Assembly: GCA_030141605.1 (NCBI GenBank)
Contig: JAQGDQ010002369.1
Span: forward strand, 248,001 to 312,000
Length of the DNA: 64,000 bases
Source: Tubiluchus corallicola
Taxonomy: Eukaryota > Animalia > Priapulida
Direction: 5' to 3'
The position numbers and the translations under genes are program-made. A model generated the notes under the pieces. The model searched no databases. It was given only the letters and a program-made list of their open reading frames with translations, and was not told the DNA's origin. Every line of letters starts with the position of its first letter. Position 1 is the stretch's first letter. Positions 40,880-50,662 of this stretch are shown in pieces.

Positions 40880-41071
40880 ACTTCATCCTTTTCCGATTCA
40901 AAAGAGATGATTTCTTTTCCATTCGAATGGTAACGGATCTTAATGGGCCGGGAACAAAACTCGCAATCCTGAATGATCTCTCTTTCCGAATGAGTCAGAT
41001 CAGTGGTGATGGATATCTCTTCATTACAAAAAGGACAGAAAAAAAAAGAATTCTTCTTGATGAGCCGCCAT
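40876..41071 (-). pseudogene. CPXCG-type small Cys-rich protein, +1 indel in T9 run
   Basis: removing one T gives MAAHQEEFFFFCPFCNEEI..IQDCEFCSRPI; ATGA-coupled to yjbQ. Confidence 0.65.
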
Positions 41072-41118
41072 AATTACATTAAATAGAAAAATAGGAGTTT
41101 TCGTCGAGGAGGGTTTGC

Positions 41119-41829
41119 TTGGACGAGAGAGAAAAGATCACGATGGTCTGGGTCACGATATTGATCATACTGGTCACATATCATTTGATGGTCTTTCTTC
41201 ACATAGGGTCTCACTCTATCATCGCCCAGTTTTTTGGAGTGGGAGATATCTTTTCTCATAAATGGTCTTTGACCAACCTTGGGGAGCATGTTGATTATTC
41301 AAAATTGATCCATGAGCTTCCTAAAGGGAAACTTGCTGTTATTGCGATCAGCGGCCTCGTTACAAACCTGATCCTGTTTTGTATTTCATGGTTCATCATC
41401 AGTTGTTCGTTCCGAAATAAATGGATTTACAACTTTTTCTTCTGGTTTGCTGTGATGAATCTAGGAGAAATCTTTAGTTATGTGCCCATCCGCAGTTTTT
41501 TGCATGAGGATGATTTGGGAAGATTCTTGAATCTATTTCATGTAGATCGATGGATCTTTTTTATTCCAGCACTGATCATCATCGCTGTGTTGATCACGGC
41601 CTTTTTGAAATATGAGTTAAAAAGGGCTTATTTCCATTTGCATTTGACGACTGTGGTAGCTCAAAGAAACTTTCTTTTTGCTGCTCTCTTTGTTCTCTTT
41701 ATCTGGTTTGGTGCTGTTGGTTTCTTTACACAGCAATTACCCAGCCGGATCTTAAGCGGGCTTTCTGTTGTCACCTTCTTTGTCCTATTTTTGGCCCTTA
41801 AGCCCCCGGCATTGAAGAAAAAAACGTAG
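41119..41829 (+). CDS. polytopic membrane protein, M50-peptidase-like
   Basis: LHIGSH in place of HExxH, IAISGLVTN, DDLG. Confidence 0.5.
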   Translation: MDEREKITMVWVTILIILVTYHLMVFLHIGSHSIIAQFFGVGDIFSHKWSLTNLGEHVDYSKLIHELPKGKLAVIAISGLVTNLILFCISWFIISCSFRNKWIYNFFFWFAVMNLGEIFSYVPIRSFLHEDDLGRFLNLFHVDRWIFFIPALIIIAVLITAFLKYELKRAYFHLHLTTVVAQRNFLFAALFVLFIWFGAVGFFTQQLPSRILSGLSVVTFFVLFLALKPPALKKKT

Positions 41830-41830
41830 T

Positions 41831-42493
41831 CTACCAAAGAACGGTTTCACCTTTATAGTTCCAGAAGGATCCAGAATTTTTCATGCTCAGCTCTTTTATT
41901 TGCCTCAACAGATTTTCTACAGATTCTTTTGTAGGCATTCCTCTATTGAAATCAGTCATGGCTGTGCGTACACGCCCTGGATGATAGATACCGACTGCTA
42001 TTTTCTTCTCTTTCAGATCAGCGGCCAAAGTACGGCCCAGTATGTTCACTGCAGCCTTGGACATCCGGTAACCATATCTTCCCCCTGAATTTTCCTCGCC
42101 AATAGAACCTAGTTGCGAAGTAAGGATGATGATTTTAGAGCCCTTCTTAAGAAGAGGAAGAAAAGTGTAGGTAGCCTTTAGAGTTCCAAGTGCATTGACT
42201 TCCAGTTGCTCTGCTACTTGGTCAAAGTTCATCTCTTCCAGAGAGTCCCGGTAGAGAACTCCTGCATTATTGATGAGGAGGTCAATCGTTTTTTCTTTGA
42301 GCTTTTCCTGGATGCGTATCAGCGAACGGAGATCTCGGATATCGACCTTATTCTCTATATGGACATTGAGTTGTTGAAGCTCGCTGCTTGACTTTCTGCA
42401 AAGAGCAAAGACCTCATAGCCTTTTTCTTTGAGCTGTTTGGTAAATTCGAGGCCAATGCCCCGGTTGGAACCTGTGATCAGTGCAGATGGCAT
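41831..42493 (-). CDS. short-chain dehydrogenase/reductase
   Basis: TGSNRGIG, LINNAG, YRMSKAA, HPGRVRT. Confidence 0.92.
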   Translation of the reverse strand: MPSALITGSNRGIGLEFTKQLKEKGYEVFALCRKSSSELQQLNVHIENKVDIRDLRSLIRIQEKLKEKTIDLLINNAGVLYRDSLEEMNFDQVAEQLEVNALGTLKATYTFLPLLKKGSKIIILTSQLGSIGEENSGGRYGYRMSKAAVNILGRTLAADLKEKKIAVGIYHPGRVRTAMTDFNRGMPTKESVENLLRQIKELSMKNSGSFWNYKGETVLW

Positions 42494-42554
42494 AATTGGG
42501 AGAATAAAATGTAGAAGAGAAAAAGAAAAGGGCCCTGAATCGGGCCTTATTGAA

Positions 42555-43610
42555 TTAGATAGAGTTTGGTGGTCGATCAGTTGTCTGAGGAGCCTCTGCC
42601 GTGGGAGCAGAAACGGCTTGATCAACGGCGCTTGTTGTGGCAACAGTTTCTGCTGTCTGTACAGAATCAGCTAAATGGATAGAACCACGGTCTATCTTGC
42701 TTATATATTCATCACTGTTGAGGCTTACTTCCTCGCCTTTGGCAAGTTGTGCTAATTTATCGAAATCTTCTCCGCGCATATTTGAGTAGACGAGATGCAT
42801 CGGAGTAGAGTGACCTCCGCTCACCCAAACATCTGGAGCATCGGTTGAATACCGTTGGAAAAGAGTCTCAACCCCATCATAGGTATTTTCTCCACGTGTC
42901 CCGATTGTATGCATCGCGACATAGGGGCGGCCTGCAGGGTCTTGACCTTTCATTACAGAAGCAGTCATATCTTCTGCTTTTACTCCATCGATATAACCTG
43001 TGCCCCCTGCATGGAAAGAATCTTTCCATGGCAATTGAGGAAGAGAGCAGAATTTTTCAGATCCACCAAAGGCATCTGCAATTTTTCTTACAGTGCTAGA
43101 AGTGGTGAAAGTTTCAAGGGCTTTTACACATTCCTCAGGGGATCCCTTTCCAATTGCTGTATTCGCTTCTGTGAGGGATGCGGCATTGGGGTTTTCAGGA
43201 GTAAGTCTAAAATGTACAACACGGATTTCAGGTTGTGTCTGAGACTCTTCATTAGCTACTTCATTTGTCGACTCAGATCCCCAGCTAGGAATTCTGTCCC
43301 AAGTGTTTTCTTTTACCCATGATGCAGTATCAGAGACAGTGTTTTCGAGAGTGTTTTCTGCCTCTTCCCATGTAGGAACTTGTTCTAGCCAAGTTGCAGG
43401 GAAATATTCTTGAGTGAGATCGGATTGGCTGAAAGCATAAACAGAAGCGGCTCCTGTCATAGCACCAAATGCTATAGTGGCCACTCCTTTTGCGGTATCA
43501 CCGTATGTTTTTCCTTCGCGAATTTTATTGAATCCTGAGTAGGTTGCAGCCATACCAATTGCTGCTGCACCTCCACCGATTAATGCCTGATTGTCTAGAC
43601 TACCTATCAT
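42555..43610 (-). CDS. hypothetical protein, N-terminal hydrophobic hairpin (candidate effector/Inc)
   Basis: 351 aa; followed by hairpin plus U-tract terminator at about 42520-42548. Confidence 0.6.
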   Translation of the reverse strand: MIGSLDNQALIGGGAAAIGMAATYSGFNKIREGKTYGDTAKGVATIAFGAMTGAASVYAFSQSDLTQEYFPATWLEQVPTWEEAENTLENTVSDTASWVKENTWDRIPSWGSESTNEVANEESQTQPEIRVVHFRLTPENPNAASLTEANTAIGKGSPEECVKALETFTTSSTVRKIADAFGGSEKFCSLPQLPWKDSFHAGGTGYIDGVKAEDMTASVMKGQDPAGRPYVAMHTIGTRGENTYDGVETLFQRYSTDAPDVWVSGGHSTPMHLVYSNMRGEDFDKLAQLAKGEEVSLNSDEYISKIDRGSIHLADSVQTAETVATTSAVDQAVSAPTAEAPQTTDRPPNSI

Positions 43611-43777
43611 AACGTTACCTCATGCTGGTATTGTTTTTTTTGAATTGCTCAAAGAGCTCTTAAAAAGTCGCAGGGGGATAAGGAATTGTTCTTTTGTAAG
43701 AAAGAAGATTGTTTACGTGTACTATTATTAAAAATAAAATTTAATTCTACACAAAGGGTTGTAATTAAAATAACAAT

Positions 43778-44803
43778 TTAGAATGCGTAGGTGGCGCTGA
43801 TGACTCCAGAGATGAAGTCGGAAGAGTTTCTTCCGTAGACAGTAAACCAGACGCCGGCTATGAATCCCAGATTGGGGGTAGGGACGTATTCAAGAGCGGG
43901 AGCTAAAGAGAGCTGATCATTGGAAGGAGCCGAGTTGCTGGCTGGAGTTCCATCCGCATTGAATCCGTTTGTCTCAGAGAAAGTTGTCCTGTTCGTATAT
44001 AGATACTGGACATCGCAAGCAAGGTTGAATGTTTCAATGATGACCCATTCAAGTCCCAGATTTGCTGAAAACTGATGGCCGGGAGAAACTTTTCCCGATG
44101 TTCCGTTTCCGCCTCCGTAGGCATTGAACCCGGTGACTTTCACTTTAGCGGGGATTCCATAGCTAACGGAAGTCCGCACGCTTAGTGGATGAAGAAGCAT
44201 CCATTGCCAGATCACTTTGGAAACATTGAAACTGAATGTCGTTTGAAAAGATCCGGAGCCAGTAGAGTCGAGACCGAGCTTGTTCGGGTTTAGATTTTTA
44301 TATTTTCCTGTTGGGAACGATTCGGAAATGCTGATTTTCACAGCAGGGACATACGGTTTTTCCTTAACAAGTGCGATACCAAATGCGAGGGTCGTATCAC
44401 CGTATCCACCGTCGGTGACTCCTGACTGTTTGTTCCAGAACCCCTGTACGCCCAAATTCACATCGAGCCGGTCCAATATTCCTACCTGGAGAAGAAGAAC
44501 AGGATTGATGTGGATTGTTGTTGGAACGGAACGGGGTTTTTTCGAGCTGTCATAACGTGCAAAATCATCAGCAACATAGAGATAGGCTTGAACGTTCGTC
44601 ATTCCGGGAGGCAGGGTATTTCCACTTCCTGTCAGAAGAGGACCTGAGTACCAGGGGTTGAACATTTGTTTTGCTTTTTGGAATTCAGCTTCGGCAGCAA
44701 CTAGCTCCTTTTCGATTTGCTGGGGAGAAGGAGGAGGGGGGTCGTTATCGTATTGGGCAAACAGTGTTGTTGAGAGAATGAGAAATGAGAGCCATTTTTT
44801 CAT
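43778..44803 (-). CDS. outer-membrane beta-barrel transporter-family protein
   Basis: signal peptide, WYSGPLLT, FPTGKY, terminal YAF. Confidence 0.7.
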   Translation of the reverse strand: MKKWLSFLILSTTLFAQYDNDPPPPSPQQIEKELVAAEAEFQKAKQMFNPWYSGPLLTGSGNTLPPGMTNVQAYLYVADDFARYDSSKKPRSVPTTIHINPVLLLQVGILDRLDVNLGVQGFWNKQSGVTDGGYGDTTLAFGIALVKEKPYVPAVKISISESFPTGKYKNLNPNKLGLDSTGSGSFQTTFSFNVSKVIWQWMLLHPLSVRTSVSYGIPAKVKVTGFNAYGGGNGTSGKVSPGHQFSANLGLEWVIIETFNLACDVQYLYTNRTTFSETNGFNADGTPASNSAPSNDQLSLAPALEYVPTPNLGFIAGVWFTVYGRNSSDFISGVISATYAF

Positions 44804-44913
44804 AAAAAAAGAGGGGTATAGTATTACTATCGAAAATAGGGACTTTTCCTTTTTCTAAAAAGAAGAATTTGATAGAGAGAACTATAAGTGTTGATTCCAG
44901 TCGAGGGAAGACT

Positions 44914-45246
44914 ATGGCAAAAATCGAAGGTTCAGGACCGTCTCCAAAAGATGTTGCAGCCTACAAAAGTGAATGCAGCAGAGCAGCGGACCTCTTTCAG
45001 CAGGCCTTAGATGAAAGGCATAAATCGAAAGACAATCCAAATAAACAGGCCGAGATGGATAAGATCATGGACAAAGCCAAACACATCATGCAGCAGACTA
45101 CCCATGCACTTCGGCAAAAAGAACTGGAAGATCGAGAAAAGAAGCTCGTGAAAGACTATGCCGATTTCAAAAAAGAACCTTCCGACGCAAAGAAACAGAC
45201 TCTCGATCAGGATGTGTCAGACATAAAAGACTCATTGAACAAATAA
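44914..45246 (+). CDS. helical hypothetical protein
   Basis: GAGGG RBS, 110-aa charged ORF. Confidence 0.55.
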   Translation: MAKIEGSGPSPKDVAAYKSECSRAADLFQQALDERHKSKDNPNKQAEMDKIMDKAKHIMQQTTHALRQKELEDREKKLVKDYADFKKEPSDAKKQTLDQDVSDIKDSLNK

Positions 45247-45381
45247 ACTTCATTCTTTCTCTACCTTGATATTCACTCTCTTTTTCGTCATAATAAACCC
45301 AATGTGAATCCTGAAAGCTTTCGCGTTGCCCAAATCCAATTCTTGGGTCACGTTCGGTATTAATGAAATCAGTGAGGACTT

Positions 45382-45873
45382 ATGACTAAAAAAGCTACTT
45401 TCGGCGCGGGTTGTTTTTGGAGTGTTGAAGAAGAATTTCAGAAAATCAAGGGAGTAGTCAAAACGACCGTTGGTTACCTGGGAGGAGAAGTAGAAAATCC
45501 TTCCTATGAAGATGTATGCTCCGGAAAAACGGGACATGCTGAAGTGGTGCTAGTTGAATATGATCCTTTGATTGTTACCTATGATGAATTGATCAGGGTT
45601 TTTTGGGAAATCCATGATCCCACCACTTTGAATCGTCAAGGTCCTGATGTAGGATCCCAATATCGGTCCTCTATTTTCTACCATTCTCCTGAGCAGGAAA
45701 AAAAAGCCAGAAAGGCAAAAGAGCTCATGCAGAAATCGGGTCGTTTTCATAAAGACATTGTGACCCAGATCGAGCCGGCTACGACTTTTTATAAAGCCGA
45801 AGAATATCATCAGAAATACTTACAAAAAGGGAGGTGCTGTTCCCGTCCCCCACCTGACCCAGACAAAAAATAA
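45382..45873 (+). CDS. msrA: peptide-methionine (S)-S-oxide reductase
   Basis: [39 protein letters not shown]. Confidence 0.96.
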   Translation: MTKKATFGAGCFWSVEEEFQKIKGVVKTTVGYLGGEVENPSYEDVCSGKTGHAEVVLVEYDPLIVTYDELIRVFWEIHDPTTLNRQGPDVGSQYRSSIFYHSPEQEKKARKAKELMQKSGRFHKDIVTQIEPATTFYKAEEYHQKYLQKGRCCSRPPPDPDKK

Positions 45874-45900
45874 TCTTTCTTCGTAATAATCGAGGTATCT

Positions 45901-47205
45901 ATGTACAAATGGTTTTTTCTTCTATCTACTTGCTTGTTTGCTCAAGAAATCCCCTTGGATTCACTGGTCGCAGGTCTTCCTGAATCAGCAACTTTATCTT
46001 CGAAGCGGATCGCAATACAGAGGGAAGAAGAAGAAAAACTTGTATACAATTGGGGGATAGGGCAAAGTCCGTTTCCCATCCCCAGAGTTATTGTCACTGC
46101 TCTCAGAAAGAACGCACATAAAAAACGGTATACGAATGTAGAGGGAATTCCCGAACTGGCCCAAGCACTTTCTGATTTTTATACGGATGAGACCTATGTG
46201 ATCCGTCCCAATAATGTAATTGTCTCTGCCGGACTGAAACAGATTGTCTATGATATTCAGAAGGTCTTTGGTGGAGAGATCCTTCATGTGTGTCCCTATT
46301 GGGTCTCTTATAGAGGTCAGGCCCGTCTACTTGGAAAAGAACCTGTGGTTCTTTACACCAAAAGAGAAAATGATTTCAAACTTACACCTGTTGAAATTGA
46401 AGAACACTGTAAACGAAGTCCTGGTACGAAGAGGATGATCCTTTTCAATCATCCCGTGAACCCAACAGGAGCCGTTTATTCCCACGAGGAACTGAAGGCT
46501 TTGGCCGAGATATTCCGTAAATACAAGATCATCGTTTTTGCAGACGAAGTTTATCTATCGCTTCAGCATGAAGGAAGAGCGCGAAGCATCTCGGAATACC
46601 TACCTGAGCTGACGATTCGGGCTTCTTCTATTTCAAAAGATATGGGAGCTGCCGGTTGGCGATTGGGCTGGGCTGTTTTTCCCGAATCCCTTCTTCCTCT
46701 GAAAAAAGCTATGGTAACATTGGGGGCAGCTTCTTATAGCTGTGCTCCTTTGCCCCAGCAATATGCTGCAGTAAAGGCACTGGAAAGGCCCCGATCGGTA
46801 AAAAGATATCTCAATAAGGTTCGAAATATACTGAAACCGATGGGACAAAAAATTACATCCCGTCTTCGGGAGATGGACTTGAACTTCATCGAACCTCAGG
46901 CAACCTGGTACCTCTGGATCGGGTTTGGAAAATATAAAGAAGCTCTAAAAGTGAAGGGGATTCAGACTTCAAAAGACCTCGTCTCGCAGCTAGCAAAAGA
47001 AACCGGGATTATCTTTGTTCCTGGAGAGGCTTTTGGAATGGATCCCGAATCTCTATATGTCCGTGGAGCCTATGTGGGATTTTCCGGAGAAGATGGGCTT
47101 CAAGATTTTCGTATAAAAGATCCCCAGTTTGATTTTGCTTCAGACCTCTTTGAGAGCCCCGATGTCCTAAACAAATGGTTAAATAATCTTTTAATTAAAA
47201 AGTAA
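45901..47205 (+). CDS. class I/II PLP-dependent aminotransferase
   Basis: NHPVNPTG, DEVY, SISKDMGAAGWRLG. Confidence 0.9.
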   Translation: MYKWFFLLSTCLFAQEIPLDSLVAGLPESATLSSKRIAIQREEEEKLVYNWGIGQSPFPIPRVIVTALRKNAHKKRYTNVEGIPELAQALSDFYTDETYVIRPNNVIVSAGLKQIVYDIQKVFGGEILHVCPYWVSYRGQARLLGKEPVVLYTKRENDFKLTPVEIEEHCKRSPGTKRMILFNHPVNPTGAVYSHEELKALAEIFRKYKIIVFADEVYLSLQHEGRARSISEYLPELTIRASSISKDMGAAGWRLGWAVFPESLLPLKKAMVTLGAASYSCAPLPQQYAAVKALERPRSVKRYLNKVRNILKPMGQKITSRLREMDLNFIEPQATWYLWIGFGKYKEALKVKGIQTSKDLVSQLAKETGIIFVPGEAFGMDPESLYVRGAYVGFSGEDGLQDFRIKDPQFDFASDLFESPDVLNKWLNNLLIKK

Positions 47206-47299
47206 TCTATAGTTATACTTTAGTTTACTTGTGTTTTCTCTTTTGTTTTCAGATAATAACAAATGAATATTAATTCAAAGTATATTTTGGGGATTACAT

Positions 47300-47674
47300 A
47301 TGGAAAAAATTGATCTAATACCTATTCAAGCAGCAATGCCTGCAAGATCAGACGTTTCGACAATAGAAAACGATCTGATGGAAAAATTACGCCAGCCTGA
47401 ATTAGTAGGAGCTCTTCCTCCGTGGGTTCAGGATGAAGTAGAAAGAAACGCAATCATGAATGATCCAAGACTGATCGAACTCTTGGGGAATGCGGTTATC
47501 AAAGAAATCAGAAAAGTAGAAGGCGGTTATATCGTCGTGACCGACTCCATGGAAATGCGTGTCGATGTCAATTACAAGCCTACGGGAATTTGCGGACCGG
47601 CCAAGTTTGATCTTGATTTTCATCAGCCTGAACCAATCATGAGAATCCTGCCGATTGAAACTCCTAAAGTCTAG
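47300..47674 (+). CDS. hypothetical protein
   Basis: 124-aa ORF after AT-rich promoter-like region. Confidence 0.55.
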   Translation: MEKIDLIPIQAAMPARSDVSTIENDLMEKLRQPELVGALPPWVQDEVERNAIMNDPRLIELLGNAVIKEIRKVEGGYIVVTDSMEMRVDVNYKPTGICGPAKFDLDFHQPEPIMRILPIETPKV

Positions 47675-47729
47675 AGAAAACTTTTTTCTTTCTCTTTGAA
47701 ATTTTATAGTCCCAAGAAAAGGATGTTCG

Positions 47730-48992
47730 ATGCGAGTCATCATTCTAAGCCTTTTCTTGGGATTTTCTTTGTACGCAAACGATCGCAAATTCAGCCACAC
47801 TGCTTTTCCCCGTCATGTGGAGATGGTGGAGAACTATCAGAAGAAAAAGCCGAATTGGAACTATCTGACTGGTAACTGGGGATCGGGAAGAAAATGGCTG
47901 GTCGATCATGGGGTGACGTTCACTTCTTCTTATACTGCGGATCCTTTGGGAAATCCAGTTGGGGGAAGACATCGAGGTTTTTCCTACACAGGATCTTTCG
48001 GTCTGGACATGACGTTGAGTTTTGAAAAGATCGCAGGCTGGGAGGGATGGTACTTTTATTCCGCTTTTGTCTGGAGACTCGGCACCAATCTCTCGGCTAA
48101 AAAAATCGATAACCAGTTCCATGTTGCCCAAGTATATGGTGGGCAGACCTATAAGTTGAACAACATGTATATCCGAAAGGAGAGCCCTAAGAGGAATTTT
48201 ATTCTTCTTTTCGGAAGGCTTGATGCGGGAGATGATTTTCTCCACTCTACCCTCTATCACTATTATGTAAATAATGGGTTCTGTGGAAATCCTGTCGCGA
48301 TCTTTCTGAATACTCCTTTTACAGCCTATCCCAATTCTACCTGGGGCGCCAATGTACAGTTCAAACCCTGGAAACACCTGAAAATCAAAGTGGGTGTTTA
48401 TAACGCAAATGAAATGATCGCAGAGAACAAATTTCATGGGGTGAACTTTACATTTCATAGTACAGAGGGGGTGATGTGGATCACCGAATGGACCTTTACA
48501 ACAGAATCTGAGTATCCGGGCCATTATGGCGTGGGAGGCCTCTATCTTACGGGCTATAAACGGAAATTTCTGGGGGGCGGAAGCAAGGGAAATTACACTT
48601 ATTACCTACTCTTTGATCAGATGATCTATCGTACGGTGGATGATAAAGGGATCATCCCCTGGACTGCGATCTTATTCGCTCCAAAAAACCGGGACCCGTT
48701 CCCCTTTTTCATGACTGCCGGAATTGTCTTTGAGGGAATAGTCTCAACGAGAAAAAACGATGCCTTTGTATTAGGTGTTGTTTATGGAAAATACAGTTCA
48801 GATCTGAGAGAGCTGCAGGGAAGGGATGATCAAAAGACGCAAGGGTTTGAAACGGTGCTTGAGGCGAATTATAAAGCGCAGATCACTCCCTTCTTTTACG
48901 TTCAGCCCGATGTGCAATACATCATCAATCCGAAAGGACTGGGCATTCCCAATGCTTTAGTATTAGGATCACAATTTTCGATTACATTCTAG
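47730..48992 (+). CDS. OprB-family carbohydrate porin
   Basis: LTGNWGSGR, GNPVGG, VQPDVQYIINP, terminal F. Confidence 0.88.
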   Translation: MRVIILSLFLGFSLYANDRKFSHTAFPRHVEMVENYQKKKPNWNYLTGNWGSGRKWLVDHGVTFTSSYTADPLGNPVGGRHRGFSYTGSFGLDMTLSFEKIAGWEGWYFYSAFVWRLGTNLSAKKIDNQFHVAQVYGGQTYKLNNMYIRKESPKRNFILLFGRLDAGDDFLHSTLYHYYVNNGFCGNPVAIFLNTPFTAYPNSTWGANVQFKPWKHLKIKVGVYNANEMIAENKFHGVNFTFHSTEGVMWITEWTFTTESEYPGHYGVGGLYLTGYKRKFLGGGSKGNYTYYLLFDQMIYRTVDDKGIIPWTAILFAPKNRDPFPFFMTAGIVFEGIVSTRKNDAFVLGVVYGKYSSDLRELQGRDDQKTQGFETVLEANYKAQITPFFYVQPDVQYIINPKGLGIPNALVLGSQFSITF

Positions 48993-49224
48993 CTTGTTGG
49001 TTTGGCGATTCGGGTAGGACGAGACGTCCTTGCTTGTCCTTGAAATTGCTCGTTGCAATGAAGACAAGATCAATAATAGTCCAGATTCCCAGACCGCCGA
49101 ATGTGATCAGCATTAATATGCCTGTTCCGATTTTACCTACATAGAATCGATGAACGCCCAGTCCTCCCAGAAGGAAGCAGAGGAGGATAGCAGCGACAAA
49201 ACTTTTTGGGCTATTTCCTTCCAT
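48982..49224 (-). CDS. TM2 domain protein
   Basis: LGGLGVHRFYVGKIGTG..GIWTIID. Confidence 0.88.
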   Translation of the reverse strand: MEGNSPKSFVAAILLCFLLGGLGVHRFYVGKIGTGILMLITFGGLGIWTIIDLVFIATSNFKDKQGRLVLPESPNQQARM

Positions 49225-49294
49225 TAAATCACCTTTGACAGCATCAGATGCTTACGCTATTTTGTTTTTAACATTATCATATTCGTTTTTTTTC

Positions 49295-50659
49295 ATGTCA
49301 AAAATCAAAAAGCTTCTTCATCCAGGCGCTGTACTTCCTATTCTATTATTGCTCATCCTCGTCCTGATCCCAGTGGAGCATAAATACGATAAGCCATTGC
49401 GTTCAACTTTTCGAGCCTTTGATTTTTCCGAAGGGTTCACGAAAAGCTTCTATTTCTATGTGACCGACCTTCTTGGAATCTGCTTTATTCTGCTCTGTCT
49501 TTTTCGATCAGGATGGAAGCAGTTTTTTTGGAGGCGGAGTACGAAGTTTGTTTCCGCAATTATTATTGCTTCTCTGTTATCGATTGTACTTTGTGATGTT
49601 TCCTCATTCCCTATGCAATGGATCCGTTGGGTCTATTTTTGCATTCCGTTTCTCTTCTTTTCTTCTGTACAGTCCATTGAATGGAAAGCTAAAGAGTGGA
49701 TCCCTCGCATCTTCTGGGCTATTCTTTTTGTTGCGCTTTTCGAATGCTTCATTGGTTTCTACCAGTACATAACCCAGCATGCATTAGGGTTGAAACTGTT
49801 AGGAGAGCCTAAATTGACAGGTCTCGATCTCGCCACCATTCCAGTTTCAAGCGGACATGGGTCAGTTTTAAGAGCTTATGGTACTTTCCCTCATCCCAAT
49901 GTCCTTGGGGGATTCCTTGTTTTTTCTCTCATGACGGCGTATTATTTGTGGTACCGGACTGAGAACAAATGGCTAAAGACCTTTGTTCTGTTTTCCATCT
50001 GTATTCAAATCCTGGGACTCTTCTTCACTTTCTCCCGTTCCGCCCTCATCGGATGGGCCATTGCCTCGATCATATGGATGGTGTGGATGAGAAAAGAGAA
50101 AAGGGCCCGACTCCTTTCTACGGCTCTCTTGGGATTTTTCCTTTTGTGTGTGATTGCTCTTTATCCCCAGTTGAAGTCACGGGGCGGAATTATCAATTAT
50201 AATCAAGTCACCAAGGAAGCTGATACTGAGAGAATCATCTTTCAGAATCTTGCTTGGAAGATGATTCAGAAGCATCCTGTAAAAGGCATAGGGTATGCCA
50301 ATATGGGACAGCGAAATGATGAGTTTTTTGAAGGGGAGTACCCCGCCCGGTATTTACATGCAGGCGTTCATAATATTTATCTTTATATCGCTGCAGAAAT
50401 TGGGATATTCGGTATTCTGGCTTTTCTGGGTTTTCTCTTTTCGATTTCCCGAGCGCTCTTTCGATCTATAATGTGTCCCTTGCGGATTACGATCTTTTCT
50501 CTCTTCGTGGGATTTTTATTCATTGGGGGATGTGATTTCTATCTCTTGCAGTTCCAACAGGGAAAATGGATGTTTTTCGCAGTAGCTATTTGGATTGCTT
50601 CTTTAGGTAATTATGAGAAGGAACCTGCTCTAACGACGGTCAAAATGGCGGCGCAGTGA
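49295..50659 (+). CDS. O-antigen ligase family protein
   Basis: RAYGTFPHPNVLG, TFSRSA, HPVKGIG, HNIYL. Confidence 0.85.
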   Translation: MSKIKKLLHPGAVLPILLLLILVLIPVEHKYDKPLRSTFRAFDFSEGFTKSFYFYVTDLLGICFILLCLFRSGWKQFFWRRSTKFVSAIIIASLLSIVLCDVSSFPMQWIRWVYFCIPFLFFSSVQSIEWKAKEWIPRIFWAILFVALFECFIGFYQYITQHALGLKLLGEPKLTGLDLATIPVSSGHGSVLRAYGTFPHPNVLGGFLVFSLMTAYYLWYRTENKWLKTFVLFSICIQILGLFFTFSRSALIGWAIASIIWMVWMRKEKRARLLSTALLGFFLLCVIALYPQLKSRGGIINYNQVTKEADTERIIFQNLAWKMIQKHPVKGIGYANMGQRNDEFFEGEYPARYLHAGVHNIYLYIAAEIGIFGILAFLGFLFSISRALFRSIMCPLRITIFSLFVGFLFIGGCDFYLLQFQQGKWMFFAVAIWIASLGNYEKEPALTTVKMAAQ

Positions 50660-50662
50660 TCG

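Noticed and set aside
47745-48524. 259-aa minus-strand ORF and similar long antisense ORFs (e.g. 39561-40085, 42855-43322)
   Set aside because: They are fully overlapped by well-supported genes and show no recognisable motifs.
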